A stretch of 64,000 nucleotides of DNA from Patescibacteria group bacterium (GTDB lineage: Bacteria > Patescibacteriota > Microgenomatia > UBA10105 > UBA927). The notes under the pieces were generated by a model, which saw only the letters and a list, made by a program, of their open reading frames with translations, had not been told where the DNA came from and searched no databases. Positions within the stretch are counted from its first letter, which is position 1; each line of letters begins with the position of its first letter. A program made the translations under genes and the position numbers. Positions 53,847 to 64,000 of this stretch are shown piece after piece. Where the stretch lies: assembly GCA_023379025.1 (NCBI GenBank), contig JAMCTH010000004.1, positions 19,740 through 83,739 of the forward strand. Reading direction: 5' to 3'.

Positions 53847-55346
53847 TTATACCAAAAACCACTGCCTCCCGTCTTTTGCGATACGCTTGCCCGCGGCATG
53901 CGGTCCCCACGTCCCTTTCCGGTACGGGTAGAGTGGCGGGCGGTAGCGTTTCCAGCCGTCAAGGATTTTCGTCACGAACTGCCAGCTCGCCTCAATTTCA
54001 TCCGTCCGGGCAAACAGCGTCTGGTCGCCCCGGATGCCGTCAAGGAACAGCCGTTCGTATGCGTCGTGGGAGGTTTTTTCCGGGAATGCATCGCGGTAGT
54101 TCATGGTCATCTCTTTCCGGGTAAGGGAAAGCATGCCGAGTCCGGGTTCCTTCACCATAAACCGGAGGCTGATCCCCTCCTCCGGCTGGATACGGAGCGA
54201 AAGGACATTGCGATACACATTTTCCTCATTGAACAGACAAAGCTTACCGTAGCACACGACCGGCTTTTTGTAGTGAAGGGAAATCTCCGTCACGCGATTC
54301 GCGAGCATTTTTCCGGTCCGGATGTAAAACGGTACGCCGCGCCAGCGCTCATTGCCGATCGCAAACCTCATGGCGGCAAACGTTTCCGTCCGTGAACCTG
54401 CGGCCACACCGGGCTCCCGGAGGTACCCTTCGTACTGCCCGCGCACTACCAACTGGGAGACAAACCGGGGGTCGATACAGTCGATGTCTTCCATGGCGGA
54501 GACGCGCGCGTTGCGGATGGAGGCCGCGTCGAAAGCGCGCGGGCGCTCCATGGCGATGAGCGACACCATCTGCAGGACATGATTCTGCACGACATCGCGG
54601 AGAGCCCCGACGCCGTCGTAGAACGCCCCGCGCGTGCCGATGCCGCCCTCCTCGGCAAGCGTCACCTGCACGTGGTCGACAAAATCGCGGTTCCACGTCG
54701 GCTCAAAGATGCCGTTTCCGAACCGGAATGCGAGTATATTTTGTACTGTTTCTTTGCCGAGATAATGGTCAATACGGTATATCTGGTGCTCATCAAAAAC
54801 AGCGGAAAGGAGCGCTTCCAGATGGTGCGCCGTCGCGAGGTCGCTGCCGAAGGGTTTTTCGATAAAGACACGGGAAGCGCGATTGCCCGACTTTTTTACC
54901 CTGGCTGATGCGTCTTTCGGCATGCATCCTTCGGATAATCCGCTGTTCTTCAGGTTCGTCAGGATCGCTTCATAGTGGGCCGGCGGAGTCGCAAGATAGA
55001 AAAACCGGGGAATACATGCACCGGCCATATGATCAAAATTGCCAATCAACCCCCTCACCCCGCCGTAGAGCGGCGCATCCTCAAAGAGACCTTGCTGGTA
55101 CTCTAATCCGTCAAGGATTTTCTTCCAGACCGATGCTGAAAAGTCGCTCCCGACGGTATCGCGGACTGCTTTTACCATGAGTTCCGCAAACTGGTCGCGG
55201 GTCAGATGCCGCCTCCCGACGCCGACCGTAAAAAACGGCGGCTCGATAGCCCGGTCCCGCACCAGCCGGTAGAGCGCGGGCATAAGCTTCCGGTGGGTGA
55301 GGTCGCCGGTCGCGCCGAAGATGACAAGGATAAACGGCGAGCGCAT
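53847..55346 (-). CDS. zwf: Glucose-6-phosphate 1-dehydrogenase
   Basis: GATGDL, EKPFG, YRIDHYLGKE, GVPFYIRTGK. Confidence 0.96.
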   Translation of the reverse strand: MRSPFILVIFGATGDLTHRKLMPALYRLVRDRAIEPPFFTVGVGRRHLTRDQFAELMVKAVRDTVGSDFSASVWKKILDGLEYQQGLFEDAPLYGGVRGLIGNFDHMAGACIPRFFYLATPPAHYEAILTNLKNSGLSEGCMPKDASARVKKSGNRASRVFIEKPFGSDLATAHHLEALLSAVFDEHQIYRIDHYLGKETVQNILAFRFGNGIFEPTWNRDFVDHVQVTLAEEGGIGTRGAFYDGVGALRDVVQNHVLQMVSLIAMERPRAFDAASIRNARVSAMEDIDCIDPRFVSQLVVRGQYEGYLREPGVAAGSRTETFAAMRFAIGNERWRGVPFYIRTGKMLANRVTEISLHYKKPVVCYGKLCLFNEENVYRNVLSLRIQPEEGISLRFMVKEPGLGMLSLTRKEMTMNYRDAFPEKTSHDAYERLFLDGIRGDQTLFARTDEIEASWQFVTKILDGWKRYRPPLYPYRKGTWGPHAAGKRIAKDGRQWFLV

Positions 55347-55992
55347 GTACCGCTATACTAGCGCGTTTCGTCGAAAAATTCATGAAGCAATATGCCATCA
55401 CCCAACTGTATGTAACCGTCAGGATAGTATTGCATTCGGTTTCATATTGCGATATGTTCAAAAAGGCTTGATGCACGTTACCAATTTGTTCAAATGTTTC
55501 CTGAAGGCGGCCTCGCAAGAGGGGTCCTGCAGTTCGATCGTAGGAATGGGATCCGCTACCGATTGATGTTGGGAGGTGCGTATGCGACACAATGAATCGC
55601 ACGAAACAGTCGATTGCTTTGGCACGAAGGACGGTCTCGCCGGTCAGAACGACGGCGGCTACATGATCAAGGAGGCCGGCATCGGCTGAGTCCGGCGTGG
55701 ACTCTGAGGTGCCACAACCGCCTCCTTTTCCGAACCGACAGAGGATCCTTTGCCAACCCATCAGGGGATCCTCTCTAAGCTCTCGATTCTTTGCGCACCC
55801 GCAGCGTTTTTGCTGCACATGTATTCAGGAACATTTGGGGAAAAGGCGCGTGGTTTGTATTTTGGAGGCTTCAATTGCATTCATTGATCCCTGCAACCGC
55901 ACAAACCACGCGGACCTGGTCGCGCATCAAACTATAATCCCCTCCTCCGGATATGCCGGAGACAAGGGGGTTATTTTTTTGGCCGAAGATTC

Positions 55993-57435
55993 CTATGCTC
56001 GGAGGAGCTTGCGGTACAGACGCAGGTACCCGCGCGCGCTTTTTACCCAGGAATTATCAATTGCCATAATCCTGAGGACCATCCGGCGCCACCCGGCGGG
56101 CTTCCCGTTTTGGAGCGCATGGGCTCCGCGCATGGCTTGCGCCAATGCTTCCGCCCGGTACTCATGAAAGACAAATCCGGTTTTCCCCTGTTCCACCGTA
56201 TCGGCGAGCCCGCCGGTTTCCCGGACGACCGGCACGGTCCCGTAGCGCATGGCTATCATCTGCGTAAGCCCGCACGGCTCGAACTTGGAAGGCACGAGAA
56301 GCGCGTCCGCTCCGGCATAGATCCTGCGCGCCAGCCGCTCGTCAAACGTATGGAAAAATGCCACGTGGCCGCGGTGACGGCCCGCCAGGTTTTCGAGGAT
56401 ATCGACCTGCGCCTTCGGTCCGGTGCCGAGGATCACGAGCTGACCCGGAAGCTTTTCGAGGAAAGACGATTCTACCATCTCCTCCACCAGCTCTATCCCC
56501 TTCTGCCGGACCTCAAGCCTGCTCACGTATCCGAAGAGCATGATATCGACCCTCGGCAGCTGAAATACGGTCTGGATGTGTTCTTTGTTCGCCGCTTTCG
56601 CGGCAAATACGCTCTCCCGGTCGTACTGCCGCCAGAGATACTCATCGCTCCCCGGATTCCACCGGTCGAAACTGATGCCGTTGAGAATTCCGGCCACGCG
56701 GTCCCGGCGGCGGGCAAGGACGCCGTTGACATGCTCTCCGTAGTCGCTCGTCAGTATTTCGCGGGCATAGGTCGGGGATACCGTGGAAATGACATCCGCA
56801 TATTCCAGCCCTTCCCGGAGGATATTGACGGACGGCCCCTGCTTTCCCGGATACACATGCAAAAGTCCCCGCGGGATGCCGGCCCGGTCCGTAGTCTCTG
56901 CTCCCGTGACCCCCTGATACAGGAGATTATGGATCGTGAGGATGGTCCGCGTCGCCCGGGACTGGAGCGATATCTTGCTTCTTCTCCCCAGTTTGTTTTC
57001 TTCACCGATAAGAAGCGGTACCAGCGCCGTATGCCAATCCTGACAATGGACTATATCGTAGGTATATCCCGCCGTCGCCTTCCCTCCGGCGTAGTATGCG
57101 GCAACCGCACGGCTGAAAAAAACAAACACGTCCTGGATGGGCTTCCCGTGATAATCGTTGAGTCTCGGATGACGGAACAGTATGACGTTTGCGGCAGATT
57201 TGCCGAGCGGTCTGCGGAAAAGGAATACGAGCTCCCGTTTGCCGTCGTAATCCACGGCGAGACTTCCCATACAACGGGTGCGAACGGTTTGCTTGATTTT
57301 CGTGTAATACGGGATGGCGATATCAACGTGTACGCCAAGCCTGGTGAGAGCTATCGGGAGCGCGTAACTGACATCTCCGAGCCCCCCGAGCTTGTAGAGG
57401 TTCGCGACCTCGCTCGTGACAAAAAGAACGTGCAT
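55993..57435 (-). CDS. glgA: Glycogen/starch synthase (GT5)
   Basis: KLGGLGDV, HCQDWHT, TIHNL, PSKFEPCGLTQ. Confidence 0.93.
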   Translation of the reverse strand: MHVLFVTSEVANLYKLGGLGDVSYALPIALTRLGVHVDIAIPYYTKIKQTVRTRCMGSLAVDYDGKRELVFLFRRPLGKSAANVILFRHPRLNDYHGKPIQDVFVFFSRAVAAYYAGGKATAGYTYDIVHCQDWHTALVPLLIGEENKLGRRSKISLQSRATRTILTIHNLLYQGVTGAETTDRAGIPRGLLHVYPGKQGPSVNILREGLEYADVISTVSPTYAREILTSDYGEHVNGVLARRRDRVAGILNGISFDRWNPGSDEYLWRQYDRESVFAAKAANKEHIQTVFQLPRVDIMLFGYVSRLEVRQKGIELVEEMVESSFLEKLPGQLVILGTGPKAQVDILENLAGRHRGHVAFFHTFDERLARRIYAGADALLVPSKFEPCGLTQMIAMRYGTVPVVRETGGLADTVEQGKTGFVFHEYRAEALAQAMRGAHALQNGKPAGWRRMVLRIMAIDNSWVKSARGYLRLYRKLLRA

Positions 57436-57512
57436 ACACCCATGATAACACGCGGCTAGAGAAGAGAGGCGTTTCGTTAGTTCGCTAGTTTGGAAAAAAC
57501 GTTTGTTGCGGT

Positions 57513-58616
57513 CTACTCTGTGGCGCGAATAACCCGTCCATATACCCGTTCATAGCCTTCCACCATGTTGTCGACCGAAAAATATTGTTTAACACGATTG
57601 CGACAAACAGCACGGTTAATCTCTCCGACTCTTTTGATGGCTTCTACAATACCTTCAATTCCTTGTTTCTTTATTATCCAGTTTCCTCTGCCGGGCCTGT
57701 CACTGTTATCTTCGTCTACAATAAACCCTGTCAGTCCGTCTTGCACAATTTCCGATACGCTGCCTCGATTATATGCAATGACCGGTGTTCCGCAGGCCAT
57801 GGCCTCTACCATCACGAGTCCAAACGGTTCTTCCCAGTGAATCGGGAAAAGTAAGGCTTTAGCATTTCCTAAAAAGGAATATTTTTCCTCACCGATCATG
57901 CGGTCAAGTAACCGTATCATCGCGCCGTCTTCCTGATCTTTTACCTTATTAAGGTATTCCGCGTTTCCGGGTTGTTCAAACCCGACGAGTAAAAGCACGT
58001 CTCCTACGAGTTTTGCTGCACCAATGGCATCAAGTGCTCCCTTGGTATCTGAAAATCTCCCCATCCAGCCAAGATATGCCGGCTCTTGCGGATTTGCAGT
58101 AAATCGGGCTTCTTCTGTGTGAATGCCGTTGTAAACTACCGTTGAAAAATGTATGTATGGGAGTGCCCGTATTGCTGCTTTTGACAAAGCAACATAAGTA
58201 TATTGCTGGTAACGCTGAAACAACGCTTGCACACGATTATCGAATCCGGCTCCATGGATGGTCGACACAACGGATGGTTGAAGTTCTGATATCCACGGTA
58301 ACAATGCGTGTTCCATATGACTATGAACGATATCAAAATCGTGAAGCTTTGGGAGAAGCGCACGAGCGTATTCCTGTTGTATCTGCAATGATTCCGGGGA
58401 ATTGAGAGGGATATGTTGGTCTTTCAAGGATTTCCCACCATAAATCATTGACATTCCGGAAAATTCCGAACCCTCCGGTGCTACAAAGGTAACGCTGTGT
58501 CCATGCATCTGAAGTCCCCGGGCCAGATCACGGGCAACCGCTTTTATACCGATTGCCTCTGTATCCGTAAACCTGCTCCAACATGGAACGAGCTGAGCAA
58601 TTTTGAGGCTCTTCAT
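57513..58616 (-). CDS. GT4-family glycosyltransferase
   Basis: WEEPFGLVMVEAMACGTPVIA. Confidence 0.9.
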   Translation of the reverse strand: MKSLKIAQLVPCWSRFTDTEAIGIKAVARDLARGLQMHGHSVTFVAPEGSEFSGMSMIYGGKSLKDQHIPLNSPESLQIQQEYARALLPKLHDFDIVHSHMEHALLPWISELQPSVVSTIHGAGFDNRVQALFQRYQQYTYVALSKAAIRALPYIHFSTVVYNGIHTEEARFTANPQEPAYLGWMGRFSDTKGALDAIGAAKLVGDVLLLVGFEQPGNAEYLNKVKDQEDGAMIRLLDRMIGEEKYSFLGNAKALLFPIHWEEPFGLVMVEAMACGTPVIAYNRGSVSEIVQDGLTGFIVDEDNSDRPGRGNWIIKKQGIEGIVEAIKRVGEINRAVCRNRVKQYFSVDNMVEGYERVYGRVIRATE

Positions 58617-59755
58617 ACTCGCTGATACACCCGCTCATACCCTTCTACCATCCGCTCTATTGAAAAATTTTCCTCAACGTGCCGCCGGCATTGGGCTCGG
58701 TCAATCTCCCCGATACGCCGTATCGCCTCAACAAATCCGTCTATCCCCTGCTTCCTGATAACCCATGAACCTTTTCCCGGATAATCGGTATCATCAGGAT
58801 CAATGATGAAGCCGGTCACACCATCCTTTACCACCTCCGGAACGCTTCCCCTGTTATAGGCGATGACCGGCGTTCCGCAACTCATGGCCTCTATCATGAC
58901 CATTCCAAAGGGTTCTGCCCATTGGATCGGGAAAAGCAGCGCCCGTGCATGTTGATAAAACCGTACAAGATCGTCACCGGACATCAAACTATTTATCTGT
59001 ATATCATTCCCATCAACAACTGGTGCAATTTTCTCCACATAATATGTACTTGCTTTTATCGTGTCATTGAGCCATGTTGCCATCCTGAGTTTTTGCCCGG
59101 CAGCCTTCACTGCAGCAATAGCTGCATCGTGACCTTTTACCGGCTGCATTCTTCCCGATGTAATAAAACAGTCTCCTCCTTCCGGATTGTACGCAAATCT
59201 GTCTACGTCGATACCGTTATAGACGGTATCAAAAAAATACTGTTTTAACTCACCTTCCTGTTGATGCTTGCTTATGGAAAGGAACCTATGCGTCGGAAAG
59301 CGTTTAAAAATCCAGTATTCGAGCATATCCGGCGTCGGAACCGGATCATGAAGGGTGTAGAGCGTCGGTATGCCGCTTTCCTCTTCATAAAAATGACTGA
59401 GGTGCCCAAAAGACTGAAAATCATGCATGACCGTGATGCCTTCTTTCCGCGCCTCCGTGTATGCCCGGGTCAGAAGATCGCTCTCATAGTACATTTTTGT
59501 CGCAAAAAGAGAGGTTTTGTCACGATTTGTGAGATCCTGAAATACACGGATCTTCAGGTCGTCTTCAAGAAGTATACGGTCCCCGGGGGTAAGCTGCACA
59601 TCCGTTTCCTCCGGAGCACTAAACCAAAAGACATCATGCCCCCGGCGTTTAAGACCGGTGACAATGTGCCGTGCAAGCGGCCCGGGCGCGAAAATCCGCT
59701 CCGAATACCGCTTCTCATACATGTAGATAGAAGGCGTAAGAAATCCGATTTTCAT
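58613..59755 (-). CDS. GT4-family glycosyltransferase (paralog of the downstream gene)
   Basis: WAEPFGMVMIEAMSCGTPVIA; C-terminus similar to 57513-58616. Confidence 0.9.
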   Translation of the reverse strand: MKIGFLTPSIYMYEKRYSERIFAPGPLARHIVTGLKRRGHDVFWFSAPEETDVQLTPGDRILLEDDLKIRVFQDLTNRDKTSLFATKMYYESDLLTRAYTEARKEGITVMHDFQSFGHLSHFYEEESGIPTLYTLHDPVPTPDMLEYWIFKRFPTHRFLSISKHQQEGELKQYFFDTVYNGIDVDRFAYNPEGGDCFITSGRMQPVKGHDAAIAAVKAAGQKLRMATWLNDTIKASTYYVEKIAPVVDGNDIQINSLMSGDDLVRFYQHARALLFPIQWAEPFGMVMIEAMSCGTPVIAYNRGSVPEVVKDGVTGFIIDPDDTDYPGKGSWVIRKQGIDGFVEAIRRIGEIDRAQCRRHVEENFSIERMVEGYERVYQRV

Positions 59756-59832
59756 ACGAAGAAACCGCGTTCATATCTTATCGTAGCACAGAGCTAGCTT
59801 CCGGGGAATCTGAAAAAATAGGGTAAGTAAAG

Positions 59833-61020
59833 CTACCAGAGAAGGAATACATCCCGGTAGAGCTTGTCAAACCGTTCGGCGATTTTGGTCCAGGTAAACT
59901 TCGCTTCGACGATTGCGCGTCCGCGCTCGCCCATTTTTTTACAAAGGTCGGGATTTGCAAACAAACGGTTGACGGCGCTGGCAATCTCGTTGCTATTCCT
60001 GGGTCGGACAAAAAGTCCGGTCTGCTTATCCTTGACCGCCATGGTCACCCCGCCTTTCCTCGTGACGATGACCGGAGTCCGGGAAGACATGGCTTCGATA
60101 ATCGTGAGCCCCAAGGGTTCGTCCCAGACAGCCGGCGACACGAAAACATCAGCCAGGTAATAGAGATCCAGAAATTCCTCGTATTTGTGGACAAACGGCA
60201 GGATGCGGACATTGGTGAGCTTCATGGTGCTGATGAGATCTTCAAGATGCTTCCGCTGCGGCCCGTCCCCGGCAATGACGACTTCCCCTTCGATCTTCCG
60301 GGCAGCTTTGACGAGATATTCGACGCCTTTTTCCGTTACTATCCGGCCGGTAAACAGTGCGATCTTTTTGTTGCCGAGCTTGTACTTGTCCCGGAGGTGG
60401 CCGACCGGGCGCGATTTCGGGAAAAGGGAAAGCCGTACCCCGCCCGGAATGGTCCGGGTTTTGGCGGAAAGTTCGCGACCGAAGGTTTTGAGAAGTTTCC
60501 CCCTCGTATCGCCGGAGACGACGGTGATGGCGTTTGCGGCGCGGAGGGCATCGCGGCTCATCCGGAAATACCTGCGGTCGCGGCTTATGGCCTGTATACA
60601 GCTCCCGTGAGAGGTGAGGATGAGTTTGGTGCCGTAAAGGGAACGCGCAAGCCGCGCGGCCCAGCTGTTGACCATGACATGGTGGACATGGATAAGGTCG
60701 GGCTTGAATTTTTCGACCGCATCGATCGTGCCTTGCACAAAGGCGCTGTAGAGTTCGCCTATTTCGCGGTTCGTAAGATCCGCGTAGCGCTTGGCGCCTT
60801 CAAGACCCGGTCGCCCCAGGTAGACCGGCGTCTGCGGGAGACGGAGTTTGATGTGTTCAATATTGTCCACGATCTCTTCATCCGGCGCGGCGATCGCCAG
60901 ATCATAGTGGTAGGCTTCCTTAAGCCGGAGGGACAGATACTTGACATACGCCCCGCTGCCGCCGCCGTGGAGGGGGAAATCATAGAGCATCAGGACGCGG
61001 GGTTTCCTTTCTGCCGCCAT
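59833..61020 (-). CDS. GT4-family glycosyltransferase
   Basis: LFTGRIVTEKG, WDEPLGLTIIEAMS. Confidence 0.9.
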   Translation of the reverse strand: MAAERKPRVLMLYDFPLHGGGSGAYVKYLSLRLKEAYHYDLAIAAPDEEIVDNIEHIKLRLPQTPVYLGRPGLEGAKRYADLTNREIGELYSAFVQGTIDAVEKFKPDLIHVHHVMVNSWAARLARSLYGTKLILTSHGSCIQAISRDRRYFRMSRDALRAANAITVVSGDTRGKLLKTFGRELSAKTRTIPGGVRLSLFPKSRPVGHLRDKYKLGNKKIALFTGRIVTEKGVEYLVKAARKIEGEVVIAGDGPQRKHLEDLISTMKLTNVRILPFVHKYEEFLDLYYLADVFVSPAVWDEPLGLTIIEAMSSRTPVIVTRKGGVTMAVKDKQTGLFVRPRNSNEIASAVNRLFANPDLCKKMGERGRAIVEAKFTWTKIAERFDKLYRDVFLLW

Positions 61021-61246
61021 GGGTCCATTATACCATGTTCCCTGTCCCGGCTTTTCAATCCGGATTTTTTGCACCAGCGTGATAGTTGACTATTGTAGCC
61101 TATAATTTGCATTTCCGGGCATATTGTGGTAGAGTCCGGGAAGTTTTCCCTGCCACAAACCATGAATTCAAGGTCTATTGGGATGTTTGAGGGGTTTTCC
61201 TCCCAAACATAGTACGCGTATACTCAAGACCATTCCGACGGCGAAG

Positions 61247-61345
61247 TGCTCTTTAACATATCGGTAGTAGGGATTCTCGGCAATTAGATTGAGTACGGAA
61301 ATTAGCCCGCACTGATAATCTAATTCCTGAATTTACCTACTACCG
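61247..61345 (+). promoter_or_regulatory. boxA-like antitermination site followed by a long hairpin
   Basis: TGCTCTTTAACA at 61247-61258; stem cggtagtagg/cctactaccg with inner aattagatt/aatctaatt (61262-61345). Confidence 0.5.
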
Positions 61346-61439
61346 CGCAAACGAATAGTTCATGTATATCCAAACCGGGCCGCTTCGCGGCTCCACTCAA
61401 CCCTCGCAAACGCGGGGGGAAATTTCGAAGGAGGACAGC

Positions 61440-61997
61440 ATGTCTGGCACGGATCTTGTGTTCGGCCTGTTCGGCTCGATCGGCTTCCTCGGCGCGCTCG
61501 TCACAATTTCTGGCTCCGTCCTGATCGTGGTCTACCTTATCCAACAACGCGGTGCAGAAAGCGTCGACGAGCAGTTTTTGCCGCCAATTGCAATAGGCGG
61601 GGCACCGGCGCTGATCAGGATTCCTTTTGCACCACACACGAAGTTCGTCCGTTACCTATCCGTGGAAGCGACGGATGAGTATCGGGAACTGGGGTCAGTT
61701 ACCATCACCGCAAACGACCCCACAGAAGGAGACTACCGCGACGGCGTGATTCTCTTGAAATTGTTCGGAGGGTATCAACAAGAACAGCAACTCAGTTACG
61801 CGTTGGTATCATACAACCCTTTCACGGACCCACATATGCCGGCGGCCTGCATTGAAAATGTCCATAGCAGGGGTGGTCAGATGACGATTGAATTCAGTGC
61901 ATTCTCGCTTCAGCTCACGACCGAGACGAAGCGTCTGCAGGGTAACCGTTTCGAACTCGTCGCTTTCTGGCTTTCCGCGTTCAAGGAGGGCACATGA
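61440..61997 (+). CDS. Hypothetical protein with N-terminal TM
   Basis: RBS aggagg before ATG 61440; hydrophobic N-terminus. Confidence 0.65.
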   Translation: MSGTDLVFGLFGSIGFLGALVTISGSVLIVVYLIQQRGAESVDEQFLPPIAIGGAPALIRIPFAPHTKFVRYLSVEATDEYRELGSVTITANDPTEGDYRDGVILLKLFGGYQQEQQLSYALVSYNPFTDPHMPAACIENVHSRGGQMTIEFSAFSLQLTTETKRLQGNRFELVAFWLSAFKEGT

Positions 61998-62128
61998 ACA
62001 TCGTAAATCCTTTCTTCGGATTTGTCGGTGTGCTAATCGGACTCGCCGCGATCGCCCTGTTGGCGGTCGTGTTCAACCAAAGTTTGAAGGCTTTGGGCTC
62101 GATCCTCGAACCGAAAGCCAAAAACTGA
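61994..62128 (+). CDS. 44-aa single-TM peptide (not in the ORF track)
   Basis: ATGA overlap with the previous stop, RBS aggagg; MNIVNPFFGFVGVLIGLAAIALLAVVFNQSLKALGSILEPKAKN. Confidence 0.6.
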   Translation: MNIVNPFFGFVGVLIGLAAIALLAVVFNQSLKALGSILEPKAKN

Positions 62129-62167
62129 TTCATCCCGGACCGTAAAGTCCGGATTCTGGAGGAGAAC

Positions 62168-62797
62168 GTGGACAAAATGACTTTAGTGCTTGCACTCACG
62201 GCTTTCAACATCGCCATTGCCCTCGCCATCATCGCCGTATCGCTCATCCGCTACTTTACTGCCATCAAGACAATAAAGCGGCTCGAGGAGCAGATACGCA
62301 AAGAGCTAGTACAGAAAACGATTGCACGACAAGAAGCGCGCACCGTTGCACATACGATCGACGCCGGATCTTTGAGCGTCGACATTGGATTCACTCGCGA
62401 TGACTGCAAACAGTTCGTTCGTCTTCTTGATGCAGGCAGGAGTGTGATCGGATATATCACGTTTCTGACCTATCATGAATCGCATCCCGATCCCAGACTC
62501 CACTTGAAAGAAGAATATGTCGGCAGGGTCGTCTTCATCGAATTGGCGGTCGCACCCGAAATACGGGATACAATCTATCTCGTGGGCGAGGAACTGCTCG
62601 ACGACGACTATCTCATTACAAAATGTCCAATTCAAGTGCTTGATGGAACCGGACACGGCGAACTCACAGTTGCCGGTATCAAGCTGCAGTGGTACGCGGT
62701 CGCGACGCTCAACACGGCGACTGGCAAGTGGACAAGCGTCCACTTCGATCTGACACCGACGAGCGTCGACGAATCACCTGTAGAAACCGGTGCCTGA
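62168..62797 (+). CDS. Hypothetical protein with N-terminal TM and short coiled coil
   Basis: RBS ggagga, GTG start, hydrophobic N-terminus. Confidence 0.65.
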   Translation: MDKMTLVLALTAFNIAIALAIIAVSLIRYFTAIKTIKRLEEQIRKELVQKTIARQEARTVAHTIDAGSLSVDIGFTRDDCKQFVRLLDAGRSVIGYITFLTYHESHPDPRLHLKEEYVGRVVFIELAVAPEIRDTIYLVGEELLDDDYLITKCPIQVLDGTGHGELTVAGIKLQWYAVATLNTATGKWTSVHFDLTPTSVDESPVETGA

Positions 62798-63020
62798 TTC
62801 CGAATCACGAATTCACGAACTATCGAACTAACGATTCTCACGAGACTGCCGCCCATCGGGCAAAAAATACGTTTGCGCGGCAGTTCTCTTTTCTGTCTCC
62901 CCTCCTGGAAACGGCTTCCATGCTGACCCGTTAATTGATCTTTATTCTAATTTAGCATCAACGTTTCATGCTGACATTGAGCAACTTCGCCAACAAGAAT
63001 TCGTAACGTATGGATTTTCC

Positions 63021-63341
63021 ATGCCCGAAGACTTGCTTTGTGACCTCCCTGATCTACTCCAAATAGCGTGGGCTGAGAGAAACCCTGTTGTCGCAGTACT
63101 GGAACACGGACTTGTCAGACACATGACCCAAGATAATAGAGCGGCACTTTTTGCATTCCTTGCTGATAATCACATTCCGGCAATCGGACTCATGGAAGAC
63201 AGCCCAGATCCTGAAGGCATACCATATGACGGCACCATTCAGCGGGCCCAGATGGCTACGGGCTTTGAACTCCGACCATCGATTGAGGGAATCATAGCTT
63301 CATACAGCGCTGGTCCAACCGGCAACGAAACCTTATGCTGA
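63021..63341 (+). CDS. Hypothetical protein
   Basis: 106-aa ORF. Confidence 0.4.
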   Translation: MPEDLLCDLPDLLQIAWAERNPVVAVLEHGLVRHMTQDNRAALFAFLADNHIPAIGLMEDSPDPEGIPYDGTIQRAQMATGFELRPSIEGIIASYSAGPTGNETLC

Positions 63342-63430
63342 AGCCTCCCCAATTTCACCATTGCAAAGCTTAGCTTTGAAATGCTCCGGAGCGTCAGGAC
63401 CACCCATAATAATTGCACTGCCTCTTAGCG

Positions 63431-64000
63431 TCAATCCTGTTCTTGTTTTTGCATCATTTCCTTCAATACTAGCAGTCCGAAGGTGCCGAGTGCTAATTGC
63501 CGGCGCCACCGCCAGGGCTCATGGATAAGCCTCCAGAGCCATTTAACGCCCAGATCGTTTACAACCGCCGGTGCTCCGGGCACTCTCCCGCTTATCTCAT
63601 CAAAGGATCCGCCGACGGACATGAAAACACAGGATTGGGAGAGAGGGAGAGAGGGAGAGAGGGAGAGATATTGTATGAATTGAGCAATGAGATATTCCTG
63701 CTTGGGAGCGCCAAGACCGACAAAAACCATGCGAACTCCCGTTACCCTGATCTTTTCAGCAATCCTTACAACATACGGCTTATCAAGGTTTATTTCAGAT
63801 TGTTCCATTGCGACATTGTCGGATTGATTGAGAATGTTCGTATGTTGCGTATGCCTTCGTTGCTCTTCAAAGGCTTTTTTTGAGATTTGGTCATTGGAAT
63901 TTGAGATTTCTATCTCCGGTCCGTCTTCTGCCCAGCCGCGGAGGCCGGAATACGCTGCCTGTAAGCACTCAAGCGTCTTAACTGCTAATCCTCCCCTTCC
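63431..64000 (-). CDS. WecB/TagA/CpsF-family glycosyltransferase, 5' end outside the window
   Basis: VFVGLGAPKQE, VGGSFD, WLWRLIHEPWRWRR; frame open to the window edge. Confidence 0.88.
   Translation of the reverse strand, partial: GRGGLAVKTLECLQAAYSGLRGWAEDGPEIEISNSNDQISKKAFEEQRRHTQHTNILNQSDNVAMEQSEINLDKPYVVRIAEKIRVTGVRMVFVGLGAPKQEYLIAQFIQYLSLSPSLPLSQSCVFMSVGGSFDEISGRVPGAPAVVNDLGVKWLWRLIHEPWRWRRQLALGTFGLLVLKEMMQKQEQD

Noticed and set aside
55350-55990. Possible gene between zwf and glgA
   Set aside because: Candidate ORFs overlap neighbours or look fragmented; no recognisable product.

Overview
Bacterial chromosomal window using the standard code (TGA acts as stop). The gene content (PaaX/Cas2-fold regulator, four-helix-bundle proteins, giant surface protein, archaeal-type CoaD fusion) suggests a Patescibacteria/CPR genome, probably Microgenomates; this assignment is inference. 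The left end holds a ~6.3 kb island (1424-7706) integrated at the 3' CCA of tRNA-Trp. It encodes a large serine recombinase, a probable restriction-modification module, a LexA-like repressor and a TIR plus membrane-protein pair. The island also carries a near-perfect inverted internal copy of its own reconstituted attP (2967-3172), enclosed by a 21-bp stem just upstream of the recombinase, and that attP lies inside the recombinase 3' end. Next come a degraded transposase and a ~6,300-aa multidomain protein (FHA, metallophosphoesterase, kinase-like, zincin, GH5). The rest contains a candidate structured ncRNA, a tRNA cluster with degenerate members, secE-nusG-rplKA and rplJL, and sugar, pentose-phosphate, glycogen and glycosyltransferase genes. 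All calls come from reading the sequence and recognising motifs; no searches were run.
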